Below are positions 34,601 through 44,897 of a stretch of DNA of 64,000 bases, in pieces. Location: positions 248,001 to 312,000 of the forward strand of contig BCKZ01000021.1 in assembly GCA_001600815.1 (NCBI GenBank). The letters run 5' to 3'. The notes below the pieces were generated by a model that saw only the letters and a program-made list of their open reading frames with translations, searched no databases and was not told the DNA's origin. Each line of letters starts with the position of its first letter. The stretch's first letter is position 1. Source of the DNA: Alloascoidea hylecoeti. Taxonomy: Eukaryota. Position numbers and translations under genes: made by a program.

Positions 34601-35906
34601 ATGGTGAAAGAGAAGTTGTGGCGGTTATGATATACATCAATCCTGATTCATTATTTGTATTTGTAGCCCAAATTACACTCTCAAAACTATCTTTATCTTC
34701 TTTAATTATTCTTTGAAACTCTTCGTAATCTGCATTTTCAATACTTTTGAAAAAATCTTGATTTTTCTTTGATATATCCAATAAATGATTTAATTGTGCA
34801 GAATCTTTTAGATGATATAAAACACCTTCAATAGTTGACATTATATAGCCTAATTTACCGGATTCCGGTGAGTTGAATGAAAAGTTATTAATATATAATA
34901 AATGATGCGGTAAATTTTTAACCTGTGAACGTAATATAACAAATAGCATTAAACCTACTAATACATCGGCATTTATTGTTAATTCACACTCAGGTTCATT
35001 TGTTGTTAGGATCTCCATTGTTTTTAAAAGTATATCTTCTCTTTTTTGGGTAGAATCACATTCTTCTAGTTTACTAAATTCTTTTATGGATCTTGATACT
35101 TGTTTATGTAACTTATTGAATTGATTTGGTGCCATACGAGGCAACGAAACTTGATTTAGTGAAATATTTGATAGAATAGTTTGATCAGTCGAGGATAAAA
35201 AAAAGAGTTCTTTATAATTATTTGGATGAAATGACAATATGTGTGCCCATAATCTATCACCTACCTTCTCTTCTATATATCCATGTAATAGTTTCTCGAT
35301 ATCCTCACCAGTTAGATCGGTTTCGGCCACCAGCTGTTTAAGTAAAGGGTCACTCAATTGCATAAATATATTGACTGCTTGGACCTTTAATGCCTTGAAA
35401 CTTTCGATTACTTCCGATGGCGATTGGCAAGATTTCACTGAGTAAGAATTGAACAAGTCTCTGAATGAAGGACCGATAGAGGCTGAAATTAGTGGGTACA
35501 TCTTCATGACATCATGGAATTGTAATGATGAGCTACCACTGTCGCTTCTACTATGAATATCAAGCTTGAGGTTCATTTCTTCACTAACATTATTCTTGAT
35601 TGGTCCTGTTTGTACAACTAACCATAATCTGCCATCTTCATCCCAAAGACATTTATGATCTAGAATTTTAGAAGTGCCCGAGCCTGGGACTGTAATCAAA
35701 TCTCCTGTAAATGTGACAGTGTTTCCATCTGAAGTTATGAATCGTTTTCCTTGCCGCACTGGGCCTTCATTCGATTTGCTGGTAGAAGTGGGAATAACAT
35801 GGATGGGTGAAGATAATGTAGTTTCTTGTTGGGATATGAATGGGAATGGTAGTAAAACGATGAGGGGACTTTGTGGGTGAAGATCCAGCTCCGATATGAC
35901 GTCCAT
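31683..35906 (-). CDS. VRL1: VPS9-domain / ankyrin-repeat / PX-like Rab GEF (UPF0507, VARP-like)
   Basis: VPS9 core INADVLVGLMLFVILRS..L..HL.YI.NF....GKLGY..ST.EG; ankyrin-like KDANGQTPLFAICRCYDH and LTSLM.WAKYGR; PX-like TVYRSLEDF.FL..LL. Confidence 0.85.
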   Translation of the reverse strand: MDVISELDLHPQSPLIVLLPFPFISQQETTLSSPIHVIPTSTSKSNEGPVRQGKRFITSDGNTVTFTGDLITVPGSGTSKILDHKCLWDEDGRLWLVVQTGPIKNNVSEEMNLKLDIHSRSDSGSSSLQFHDVMKMYPLISASIGPSFRDLFNSYSVKSCQSPSEVIESFKALKVQAVNIFMQLSDPLLKQLVAETDLTGEDIEKLLHGYIEEKVGDRLWAHILSFHPNNYKELFFLSSTDQTILSNISLNQVSLPRMAPNQFNKLHKQVSRSIKEFSKLEECDSTQKREDILLKTMEILTTNEPECELTINADVLVGLMLFVILRSQVKNLPHHLLYINNFSFNSPESGKLGYIMSTIEGVLYHLKDSAQLNHLLDISKKNQDFFKSIENADYEEFQRIIKEDKDSFESVIWATNTNNESGLMYIITATTSLSPFNEDLRVQMFTDLLELNGSDFAISDTGINDVTLLSAALQTSPSYSTSEVPSESGSSSNSSDSSDYTVNDKIILILLKFLYSYLTPSQLTSFLCVPDIYHRTAPHYLFNNYKLIPQISPYINWKVKDANGQTPLFAICRCYDHSQYDTVVEVAMKSCAEWYYHLENHHSSITSNKSTVSSHGLRTILLSDHIDNKHNTLLHILTTPKTISLIYKYGKFLNVNSGNEKNLTSLMVWAKYGREEVIRELCHNSHIYASAQQHPKLHSEHHGSSEFGKKFNTNSSFRYDDIEFSLLNNKGQTAADLAKDKTLKIMLDELRLFKEIGMFHVNKQYKDEKVGKEKEFIVGVVRYLYIRDEAKFVIKTGLINEVIEDHDKKDAKGKSKGKVCQIFTVYRSLEDFEFLANLLQFEFPNSGVPSIFPQPFPSSMNKSSKGQPNTKTNSNTTSNSNSTLSAAERLRLNPDLYDIQSKSIPQANTLDNSNYISSEQVYPKFSFKHDNMSLPLKFHQKLNHEIIYLLNQFLWTLLSLPKIQQHELLWEFLLVPDINKPQCISRSNLKVKSLLEDKKIVNEAIWSEKRKLEDIQLMQGYVDYPNDIKTMEGFLKHLELELSMVKTVLGKCFRISLQIMNVERDKLRPSIQLLNETIHGIAFARNGNLIDKENENLFQVLENAYSDKCHPDSQTLANFLLTLTDFTQIVYNKLSAPIKYQIPQFWKIWNRQVLIEKELIKLDDKMSKGNRKLTVNENGYITGDNMDTRSINGSIIEHHMYADTSTSCLSDDNNSIDSPRRVIKQTSLSSMSASSLPPPPTNGFFNFVDSRTRRMNRQRKLLVERDELLTRKLHLETQLHDLHEGLAIDVGDYYKAKEVLLKEAITRHVREQIKLFKYRKGILEEGLAVARSARNEKKRYTEVTFLETVIRPVDHEHDSESISLDEDGYQSEDEREAPGASESLNRRNSNPKKLQEDQNNVTNFNNS

Positions 35907-36278
35907 TACCTCTTATAAATATTTGGTATCTGCTAATAATATGGTGATGATTGAGTGTTTGGTGGTTTCAAAAGAATTATATTATTATATCTTCAAAATC
36001 TGTAAGTCTACAACAATCAACCTTTTTTTTATCTAATCCAATAACCATTGATAAATTTCACGGTTGAGTTCCAGAACACGATCCCTTATTTACTAATCAC
36101 TAACTAATTAAACATACATTATTATTTCTTTTAAGAAATATGGTACCAAATAAAATGTACCTTCATACCAATTTCTTACTTTATAAGGCGTACCATTCAG
36201 AAACACTAAGCAATGTAGCATTTTGGTTCACACATGCTGGACTCATTAATATCATCTGTTTGAGGCTCTACAGAAATT

Positions 36279-36352
36279 GGGCGTCTGGTGTAGTTGGTTA
36301 TCACATTCGCTTAGCATGCGAGAGGTCCCCGGTTCGATTCCGGTGTCGTCCA
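36279..36352 (+). tRNA. tRNA-Ala(AGC)
   Basis: Cloverleaf with acceptor GGGCGTC/GTCGTCC-A and G3:U70, anticodon arm TTCGC-TTAGCAT-GCGAG, T arm CCGG-TTCGATT-CCGG, followed by a T-rich terminator. Confidence 0.97.
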
Positions 36353-36374
36353 TTTATCTTTTGTTTTTTATTAC

Positions 36375-36875
36375 GGAATTAATAAAAAAAAAAGGTGGAG
36401 AATCCTTCAAAAAATCAATAATAAAAAACAAGGTGATGTCGATTTCCTACATAGACTAAGTTTAAGAAATTATACCCATCACTAGACTCACATATTCAAT
36501 CAATGTAGAATAAACCCAATAATTATATTATATATTACATTTTATGGGAAAAGATTATCAACTAAATGAAATGATTTGTGATTCTACAAGAAACACAAAT
36601 GAATCAATTCAAATCAACAGTATAGGAGAAGCAATTAGAAATCTGAGAAACAAAAAAATATTCGAAATAACAACATTAGAATCGACAGACAAAGAACTTT
36701 TGACTGCAGTGAAAGCTGACATATACTTATGATCATACAAACTTATGGCATATTCTTAAATATCAAAGTCAAACAAAAAATCAACTTATGATAAATAAGC
36801 AAATAACACAACAGCAATATTAGCTATAAATTAAATAGTATAATAAAATATTAATAGTTAAAAAAATAAAAAAGC
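36375..36875 (+). mobile_element. 5'-truncated non-LTR retrotransposon (L1/Zorro/Ylli-like) ORF2 3' end with A-rich tail
   Basis: Broken frames give RWRILQKIN..DVDFLHRLSLRNYTHH*, HIFNQC, GKDYQLNEMIC..INSIGEAIRNLRN..FEIT, homologous to 54270-54650. A-rich tail at ~36860-36873. Confidence 0.68.
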
Positions 36876-36889
36876 AAAGTTAAATTTTT

Positions 36890-38300
36890 ATTGCTTTCCC
36901 TTCTGGTTTCTTTTTAACTACTTGGAAAATAAGACGATTGACAACTTCAAAGAGCAAATGAAATCGCAAGGAAAAACAGTAAAAATATTTTAACAGGGGT
37001 GACCAATTGGTCGCTTTTGCAGGACCTGACGCGTCAAAAATAATCAAAACAATGAATTCTTAGTCACTTGTTTAAGTGCTCACTATGGAAGAATCAATCC
37101 CTTGTTAAAAGTGGCAGTACTTACTACCGATACTCCCATCCATATTGCCGATGTGGAGAGAGAATTATCCTAAACAATTGGTTATCTTGCTATTCATTTA
37201 TGATACGGATAATCTTTCTTAGATCGTAAAAGCCCCAACTACATCTTAGTTGAAGTCCCCGAAAAGAGCACCATCGTACCGAAGGTAATAAATTTGAAGG
37301 TCCCACTTGAAGTATATGGGACAACTACTGTTTTTGTTGAACACTCTTTTCGTCTTCAGGTCAAAACCAATAGAAAGCTGTGTTGCATCCACTGCAATTC
37401 CCTTTCCCATGGAAAAACGAGTTGTCATCAGCAAACTATTGCTAAGCCTACTGGTAATCATTTGTCTACGGATCTTACCCGTGCAAGATCCGGAAAGGAA
37501 CGAGCCTCTAATCCACATCTCATAGTTTTACAAAAGGACATTAATGGGAATAATGAATTCATTGTTCCTAAGAAAACAGCTCGCAATGTTGCTCAAACAT
37601 TACATCCTGATACTGCAATCAATTCCTCTTTGAAAACGAATCCTTTTGACGTCCTCCAACAACTGATGTGAACTGATCCACCTCCGCAGACCTTGTATAA
37701 TCACCTTGAACTTGCATCTCCGAATAGAAACTCAGCCCCTCCTAAAAAGGCAAAAATCAAAAATCTAATGTGTCAAGGCCCTCTACACCCATTGAGGATG
37801 TTGATGCCATGGATATTACTGAATCGGAGGCTGAAGAGTCTTTGAATAGTGAATCTTCCGATTCTTCTGATAATTAAGATGTTGCAGTTGTACCAGAATT
37901 GGCATTAGATGCTACCCAATTGAGCATGACCTCACAAGTAAGATTACCATAACCCTAACGACATTGATGATGTTAATGCGAAGGACATTACAGATTCCGA
38001 AGCTGAAGGGTATCATGATAGCTATTCATTGGACCCAGATTTTGTATCAGATCTTCTTTCTGATAATGAGGATACTGCTGTGCAGTCATGGGTGTAGACG
38101 ACAATATCCTATTGAAGGAAGCATAAATAAACCAAAAAGAAAACCAAGTGATTAATATTACTGAAATACCTGAGAGGTTATTAGTATCCCCCGACAATAA
38201 TCCTGGCATTTCCAGACTTCTCCCTTCACGCAATAATCAGCATTCAAGCACGTAACTATAAATTCGGGAATCGTTAATTCCCGTAAACCAACCAAAACAC
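36890..38300 (+). mobile_element. Degenerate retroelement ORF1/gag-like relic
   Basis: Perfect CX2CX4HX4C zinc knuckle (CIHCNSLSHGKTSC, 37384-37425) followed by TNPFDVL, embedded in frames broken by stops. Boundaries are approximate. Confidence 0.6.
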
Positions 38301-38971
38301 TTGTTTATATTACATAATTAACATCCAAAAAGGTTATGATACGAAACACACCTTTTCAGGCAAAAACTCCTAGGAAAACCTCCATAGGATCACTTATTCT
38401 TGTAAACTGTTGCTTCTTCATAAAACACACTCTACCATATTTTTTTATATTTCGATTATGTAAAATCTTAACGTTCTAACGGAGATGATTTTGCTTCTTC
38501 TGGTTTATTCTTTGTGTGATGCTTTGGTTTCATCTTCGTTTTAGAGTTACTTGTATTGCGATCCTCATTTTCATTTTCATTATTGTCAAGATTATCTATG
38601 TCCATCGCTTGATCATCAGTCCGATAATTATCTGACTGTCATCACAATAGAGAATTCATCCGTTGATACATTTTCAGAATATTCGTCAATCTCTGCTCCT
38701 GATTCTGTAATGTTCATATTGTTTTTTTTCTTTTATTTTGTAGTATTTCGCTTGATTTCTCATTTGTAATTTCTTTTATTGAGGGACCTGCTTTATCTGG
38801 AACATTGTATACTTACTAAGAGCATTTCAATTTTCCATGGGATAATGCATTACATTTTACGCAGTAATTCTTACCTTTCAACATATAAAGGTAGTACTCT
38901 ATCTGAAAACAATCATGCCAACACCATGAATAAAGAAATAGATACCCTACCGATACTCGTCGATTGGAACG

Positions 38972-39230
38972 AAAAAAACAGTCGCAGACTATTCCAAGGC
39001 CAGCCACACCATAACACAGAGGATGACACCCGTCTTCGCAGTCAAACGGTAGGAGTTCTCTGCTGGATTGCTCCCCTGAAGAATATCTCCTGTACTTATG
39101 GCTCAAAGCTCTACAGATTACTCGTATAGAAACTAAGTGCCCACCGCCAGACTCGAACCGGACACCTCACGTGATGAGCACAGCTTAACACAGGCAAGTT
39201 GATCCACTTCCGCCACACGCCATTACAGCG
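38972..39230 (-). ncRNA. SCR1: Signal recognition particle RNA (7SL/scR1), copy A
   Basis: 5' CGCTGTAATGGC fungal Alu motif, B box GGTTCGAGTC, helix 6 with GTAA tetraloop, helix 8 CAGGGGAGCAATCCAGCAG (SRP54 site), ending in T7. Confidence 0.9.
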
Positions 39231-39500
39231 AAGGGTTCTGCGGTGCTCTTGACCACATTTGTTTTCCATTTTTCAGAATTTCACTATAGAGAGATTTGCT
39301 CAGAATTTACATAGTTTCTAGTTATATGATTTAATTGGAAAATATATGAAAAGTTAAAAAAAACTCAGTTAAATATTTTCTAGTTAGAAATTTTATTAGT
39401 AAAGACTTAAAAAATATGCCACATATAAAGTTTATATCAGATGAAAAAGAAGACACTAATATGATGGAAGTAAAATTGTAAAATTATATAAATAATTAAA

Positions 39501-42500
39501 TTAAAAAAACAACTCAATAAACTCATTCCAATTGAGCACTTCGTATTTCGGTGTGAAGCTGATACTGAATAATCGATTTTTTATCATCATCATATCTACC
39601 ACTTCTGTATCTGTATTTAACACAATATTCTTTTGAACAGCTAGTCTCATAATCTTTAACTGTTTTTCTACTGGCATAACATTTTCATTGGTTCGGGTTA
39701 TTTGAGATTCTACACATTTATTCAATTTTTCATGAAGTTCTGAGTCCGTTGTGAATAGCCTCAAGTCTCCCTTTGTCAAATCTCCCAAATACCATGATGT
39801 GCTTCTGCGTTGATTGCATAATAATGCATTTCCTTGATCTAGTAGTTTTATGTATCGATTTGCTATTAATTTTCTCTTGAGTTCAGAATTCAACCAAATC
39901 CCAAAACTGGTGTCAACTTTAACAGAGATCATTAGTATATCTTTCAATTCTAATGGATTGTGAATTGCTTCTGAAATACCCTCTATACTTTCTTTATTGA
40001 TGGTAAATGGGATGGATGAGAAGGCGGTTAAGTCATTCATCTTTTTTTCATAAATAGTCGTATAACCATATCGATAATTAGAATTTATGTCTACTTCCGT
40101 CGAATTTCTTTCAAAAATATCTGTATTCATGTTTGATTGAACATGTGTTGTTAAACTCATATTTAAACCTTTGGTGAGACTATCAGAATCCAGCAATGGG
40201 TTTATACCTTGTTTGTCCCTCTTTTTCAATTCATCTACTACATTTTTATCGACTTTTAAATTAAGATAGACTTCAGGAGAAGTTCTATTCAGTCTTTTGA
40301 TCGCATCAATTTCTTCGTCCATTATATCATTATCTAAATATTCTGAGAGATCGTCAGATGTTAGCTGATGTATGTGTAATATCCCACTTTTATCAATTTC
40401 AACTTTGGAATTTTCTTCGCGTATTGTAGATGTAAAATTTGAATATTCATACTTCAGCTCATATAATACATTATCTAGACAAATAGGGGTCTCGGGGATA
40501 TTATCGATTCTGTTATAAGTATTTGTAACTAATGTTGAAGATGATTCATAAATAAATCTGGGGTGTATTAATCTAATACAATCATATTCTCTCACCATTT
40601 TGTTTGGAATGAACTCAGTTCTCGTGGTTGAAGGTTCTGTTCCCTTTTTATCTGTGAGAATTCTTTCCACCCTATTATATAGTTGAACTACATCATTCAG
40701 TTTTCCATTTCTCAGCCCCTTTACTTCGGTGTTGATTCTATTTTCATGGCGTAATAAATGCTTGAATATATCCACATCATTAGAGTCTGAATTAATATAA
40801 CTAGTTTTAGGGAGGAGACCAAGAGTAACAGATAATGCATTATCTTTATTTAAGTCAGTATACCTTAGTTCTTTCATCTGGAACCTTTTTTCTAATGTTT
40901 TCTTTTGAACGAGCTTCATTTTATAAAGTTTCTGATAGTTAGGATTCAACATTTCTTCTAGGTGTCTTGTGTCACTATTTAATGTTCTTATGAACACTTC
41001 ATATGATTCAGCAGTAACATTACCTCGGGATTCTTCTGGAATATTCAAACGACTAAGTGTACGAGATTCTCGTGTATAAGTATTGGTAAAGGTTTTCGAA
41101 AATTTCTTGTCATCTGATATATTCAGACTGTTTAATGTCTTATTATAAATATTAGCTTTGAATCTTTGAAATAACGATCCAACTGAAGTGCTCATATATT
41201 CTGCTCTGAATTTACGTGAATTTCCTTTCAAAATTGTTTCGAATTTAAACAATATTTCCTTATCTTCCCTAATACCATGTTTTGTATAGACTGGTGGTAC
41301 TCCTGATCTAAGTGTATCATCCTTGGGATATCCAACATCGGAGAACGAGAGATTCCATTTCCTGAGAAATCCAAGATAATTAAACAGAACAATTTGTTTG
41401 GCTGCATGATGAGCACACCCACTGTTCGTTGAAGTGTGATATAAATTGATCACATCGTTATAATCTTGAAACATATTTCCACTTGTCGTAGAATTAATCA
41501 AACGGTTTACGAATTTAATTTCATTGGACCCAATACCATCTATAGATAAAAATTCTGAGTTAAATTCAACAAAATTGTTTGAAATAATGTTTTTGTATTC
41601 TGAAGTTTTAATTCCAAAATATATCAAGTAGTTTCCAATATTATGTAGGAATTTATCGATTTCCATTAGACTCAATCTTATATGGTATTCAATATTGAAA
41701 TTTGTTGTTGGCCGTAGGAGATTACATTGAATAAACAATGCTGCATCATCTGAGGTTAACATACTATCAACATTTATATTCACCATGTTCAGACTTCTAT
41801 CAAGATTTGTTATTTTAGAGTATACTACTTCCTTCAAGTCTCCCAGATAGGACTTAGTTGTCAATGCATGAAACATTGAACTTGTGTAATGAAATATGCC
41901 TTGTCCCATATGAAATCTCCCAATTTTCCCTGGTAAAGAATATCCACACTCAACTCGGTCATAGAGCTCCACGTTAAAAGGATGAACTTCAAATATCTTA
42001 TATTCGGATAATAGACATACTATCGCAGGAATAAACGCCTCTGTTGTATATCTTGACATCGTTGCTAACATTAATGAAAAGCACGCAGTAGACAGATTAG
42101 CACACCATTTTGTTTGATCCATTGTTAGCATTCTGCAATGAGCTGAATCTAAGGATTTATCAAATTTGCTACAAAAGTCTTTGAGCTTATCAGGTGAGTC
42201 TAAGTATTCGTTTCCGATATGCTTATTAACCTTCTTTGAGAAATGTTCAGCTACAAATTGTATTACCCTATATTCAGATGATAAAATTGAAACATCTCTG
42301 TTCCCCCCAGTCTGTGGCTTATTCATCATTCTCATTGTAATATCAATTGGTCCGGATTTTGATAGAATCTTATATACAAGTAATGGAAGATGTGATGTTC
42401 CATATAATTGACAAAGTACTTGAACAGAATCTGCACATATGGTTGTTTTCCCTTCAAAAGTATCTGTACTTGCTTTAGTAGTCAACAGATCGGTTATATT

Positions 42501-44897
42501 TATTGGCGTATAAGTCGTTTTAGAAATTTTAAAAACATCTGCAATCGCTTTCTTAATCTCAGAATATATTAAGATAATAGATAAAGGACACATGGTGAAT
42601 CGTTGATCCGTGAGCTTGGAAACGTGATCAACTTGATCAAAATATCTCCTATAGAAAGATATTAATGATTCGCCTCGATTTAGAGTGGTTATCCGGTTCT
42701 GAAAGGTGTCGAAAAGATCTCTTTTAATAACATCAAAATAGTCATTGAACATGTCCAACTCATCATATAAATCTGATAAAGAATCTCTCAAATGTTTTAA
42801 CTCTCCAAATGTTTGCGTTGGACAAAGATTAACCAGAAATGCTTCCCAACCAATGTGTTTGAATTCTAGACCCAATAATGGCGTTACTCCCATTTGCTCG
42901 GCATCCACTTTCAGCATATCAAGTATTAACCGAAGACTTAGCTTCTTGCAATGTTTACTTTTAATACTTCCTATGAATTTATCCTTCTGCTGTTTCAGTA
43001 ATGGTGATTTAACTAGATAACCAGTGACAAAATACCTCCATGGTTTCAAAACTTCAGATAAGCCCCAAGAATTTTCATTTAATATCCTTCCGTATAGACT
43101 GGTAAGGCCTTTTATAACGGATAAAATTGTTGGCTTTGGATATTTTCCAGCTTTAGTGAGGTTTAAATATACTGTGCTTATAAGTGCTACCAAGACATCT
43201 GGAGCTTTAAGAAAGGCTTCAATATGTGATTGTTTCCATATTCTGGTACATATTAGATTATTTTCTTCGAAAAATGATATTAAAACGTCACCCCAACCCT
43301 TTTGAACGACTTGACCTCTAATCATCACTTCAGCGTGTTTATTCGAATCCCTCCAGTGCAAGACTTTAAATGGGGTTTTGCTAGCCTTGACATCCAAGAT
43401 TGCAACAGCCACTCTTGAATTCATTCGCAGATCAGAATATTCTCTGGAGTTCTCTAATATTGTGACAATATCTGTGAGATCATCCTTTTCCAAAAGTGCA
43501 TAATGATTCGGATCTATTTTGTATCTAACGGAAGTCCCAGATTCTCTTTCTAACAGTTTACCACGATGGGGGCTACATGAGACAAACCGTGAAACATCAG
43601 GACTTTCGACATTTCCAGGTACAATATTATCAAAAGTAGATCTCCAACGAAAACGAAAATTACTTCGTTTGAGTCTGTCAAATGTATATTTCTTTATTAC
43701 GCGATCTTTTATTTTAGTCTTGATGAATTCATCTATTTTGAAAACTGATTGGTAGTTATTTTCCCTTCCAACATCAGGTTCTTTTATATCCATATATGTA
43801 TTATGATGGATTCGCATCCTGTATAAGCTTGAGGTAGCTTGGGATTTCCTTTCACAGCCGGGAACTTCTAGCTTATACGTTTCCTTGTCTAGTTCAATCT
43901 TTGTTTTGAAAGCTATTGAATCCATTCCCTCATAAACAAATTTAGTTTTATCATATTTTTTTTCTTGAAATAAATAATAGTCCGTTTCATAGAATTTCTC
44001 TTCTTGTGATGGTTCATTTGCGTAAGTAACTTTAATTTTTTCTGAAAGTTCTTTAATTAACTCATATCTCATGTTTTTCAATTCATAGTCATTTAAACTA
44101 GAGTTTAACTCACTTCTAATTTCAGCATTGACTATTCTTTCTCTAAAAACTTGGTGCGCAACAGATGAGTGAAAGTCTATTGTATTTCCATCTCGATCAG
44201 TTCCTGTCTTTCCTGAGAAGAAATCAAACATCTCTTTGGTAACCAAGTCTTTCTTTGAGTTAGAATTTAATAGACTATTCTTTTGGAGGTCTCTTTTCTT
44301 AAAACAATCATCCGAATTCATAGTATCTTCTATAGTGGACCAATGATGAATCAAGCTTTGATCAGTATCACTAACTGTTAAGAATTCATATTTCCAAATT
44401 GAAATCCTTGTCATCCCTTGAGGTGCAGGATCAATATCTTTTGGGTCTAGTTTGACAGATGATACATTAAAAAGAACTCTAGATTTTCCACTTTCAGTTG
44501 TAAAAAGTAAATCTGCTGCTGGTACATTTTCTGGTTGATATGCAGCTTTCCCATCTTTGATTGAAAGGATTAAACTCAGACATACGAGTTGGTGTAGCAT
44601 ATGAGAAGCAGATATGGACCCAAAATGAGTAGAAGTAGTGCATGAATAAATCTCTTCGGCTGTTTTCTTGAAAGTTCTAGGATCTGATACCAGTGGAATT
44701 GGCTCTAAAATAGGTGATGAACACGTTCCTATAGCTCTTTGAGATTGAATATCAAGATCACCATGTATAATGGTTTGAATAAAGACTGTATTGTCATCAT
44801 CCGATATAATTTGCAGTGACCCTTGAAGTGTGGAATTGGCTGTTTTGTTAAACGATTTTTTATATTTATTTGGTAATTCAATATCTCTGAAGCTCAT
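39501..44897 (-). CDS. Endogenous viral element: full-length L protein (RdRp) of a segmented negative-strand RNA virus (Bunyaviricetes-like)
   Basis: 1798-aa intronless ORF with motifs in canonical order: pre-A/F KPQTGGNRDVSI (~42290-42325), A DQTKW (42105-42119), B HMGQGIFHYTSS (~41877-41912), C TSDD (~41745-41756), D GIKTSEYK, E FVEFNSEF (~41550-41575). Confidence 0.93.
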   Translation of the reverse strand: MSFRDIELPNKYKKSFNKTANSTLQGSLQIISDDDNTVFIQTIIHGDLDIQSQRAIGTCSSPILEPIPLVSDPRTFKKTAEEIYSCTTSTHFGSISASHMLHQLVCLSLILSIKDGKAAYQPENVPAADLLFTTESGKSRVLFNVSSVKLDPKDIDPAPQGMTRISIWKYEFLTVSDTDQSLIHHWSTIEDTMNSDDCFKKRDLQKNSLLNSNSKKDLVTKEMFDFFSGKTGTDRDGNTIDFHSSVAHQVFRERIVNAEIRSELNSSLNDYELKNMRYELIKELSEKIKVTYANEPSQEEKFYETDYYLFQEKKYDKTKFVYEGMDSIAFKTKIELDKETYKLEVPGCERKSQATSSLYRMRIHHNTYMDIKEPDVGRENNYQSVFKIDEFIKTKIKDRVIKKYTFDRLKRSNFRFRWRSTFDNIVPGNVESPDVSRFVSCSPHRGKLLERESGTSVRYKIDPNHYALLEKDDLTDIVTILENSREYSDLRMNSRVAVAILDVKASKTPFKVLHWRDSNKHAEVMIRGQVVQKGWGDVLISFFEENNLICTRIWKQSHIEAFLKAPDVLVALISTVYLNLTKAGKYPKPTILSVIKGLTSLYGRILNENSWGLSEVLKPWRYFVTGYLVKSPLLKQQKDKFIGSIKSKHCKKLSLRLILDMLKVDAEQMGVTPLLGLEFKHIGWEAFLVNLCPTQTFGELKHLRDSLSDLYDELDMFNDYFDVIKRDLFDTFQNRITTLNRGESLISFYRRYFDQVDHVSKLTDQRFTMCPLSIILIYSEIKKAIADVFKISKTTYTPINITDLLTTKASTDTFEGKTTICADSVQVLCQLYGTSHLPLLVYKILSKSGPIDITMRMMNKPQTGGNRDVSILSSEYRVIQFVAEHFSKKVNKHIGNEYLDSPDKLKDFCSKFDKSLDSAHCRMLTMDQTKWCANLSTACFSLMLATMSRYTTEAFIPAIVCLLSEYKIFEVHPFNVELYDRVECGYSLPGKIGRFHMGQGIFHYTSSMFHALTTKSYLGDLKEVVYSKITNLDRSLNMVNINVDSMLTSDDAALFIQCNLLRPTTNFNIEYHIRLSLMEIDKFLHNIGNYLIYFGIKTSEYKNIISNNFVEFNSEFLSIDGIGSNEIKFVNRLINSTTSGNMFQDYNDVINLYHTSTNSGCAHHAAKQIVLFNYLGFLRKWNLSFSDVGYPKDDTLRSGVPPVYTKHGIREDKEILFKFETILKGNSRKFRAEYMSTSVGSLFQRFKANIYNKTLNSLNISDDKKFSKTFTNTYTRESRTLSRLNIPEESRGNVTAESYEVFIRTLNSDTRHLEEMLNPNYQKLYKMKLVQKKTLEKRFQMKELRYTDLNKDNALSVTLGLLPKTSYINSDSNDVDIFKHLLRHENRINTEVKGLRNGKLNDVVQLYNRVERILTDKKGTEPSTTRTEFIPNKMVREYDCIRLIHPRFIYESSSTLVTNTYNRIDNIPETPICLDNVLYELKYEYSNFTSTIREENSKVEIDKSGILHIHQLTSDDLSEYLDNDIMDEEIDAIKRLNRTSPEVYLNLKVDKNVVDELKKRDKQGINPLLDSDSLTKGLNMSLTTHVQSNMNTDIFERNSTEVDINSNYRYGYTTIYEKKMNDLTAFSSIPFTINKESIEGISEAIHNPLELKDILMISVKVDTSFGIWLNSELKRKLIANRYIKLLDQGNALLCNQRRSTSWYLGDLTKGDLRLFTTDSELHEKLNKCVESQITRTNENVMPVEKQLKIMRLAVQKNIVLNTDTEVVDMMMIKNRLFSISFTPKYEVLNWNEFIELFF

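Noticed and set aside
38779..39129. ORFs 38779..39129 and 38816..39106 as proteins, or the 280-bp repeat as an LTR or tRNA
   Set aside because: They overlap the SRP RNA gene. The GGTTCGAGTC B box is internal to SRP RNA, with no cloverleaf or TG..CA LTR ends.
39501..44897. L ORF as a cellular RNAi RdRP, reverse transcriptase or totivirus/mononegavirus polymerase
   Set aside because: It lacks DxDGD, YxDD, GDD and GDN catalytic signatures in context. The SDD motif set fits segmented negative-strand viruses.
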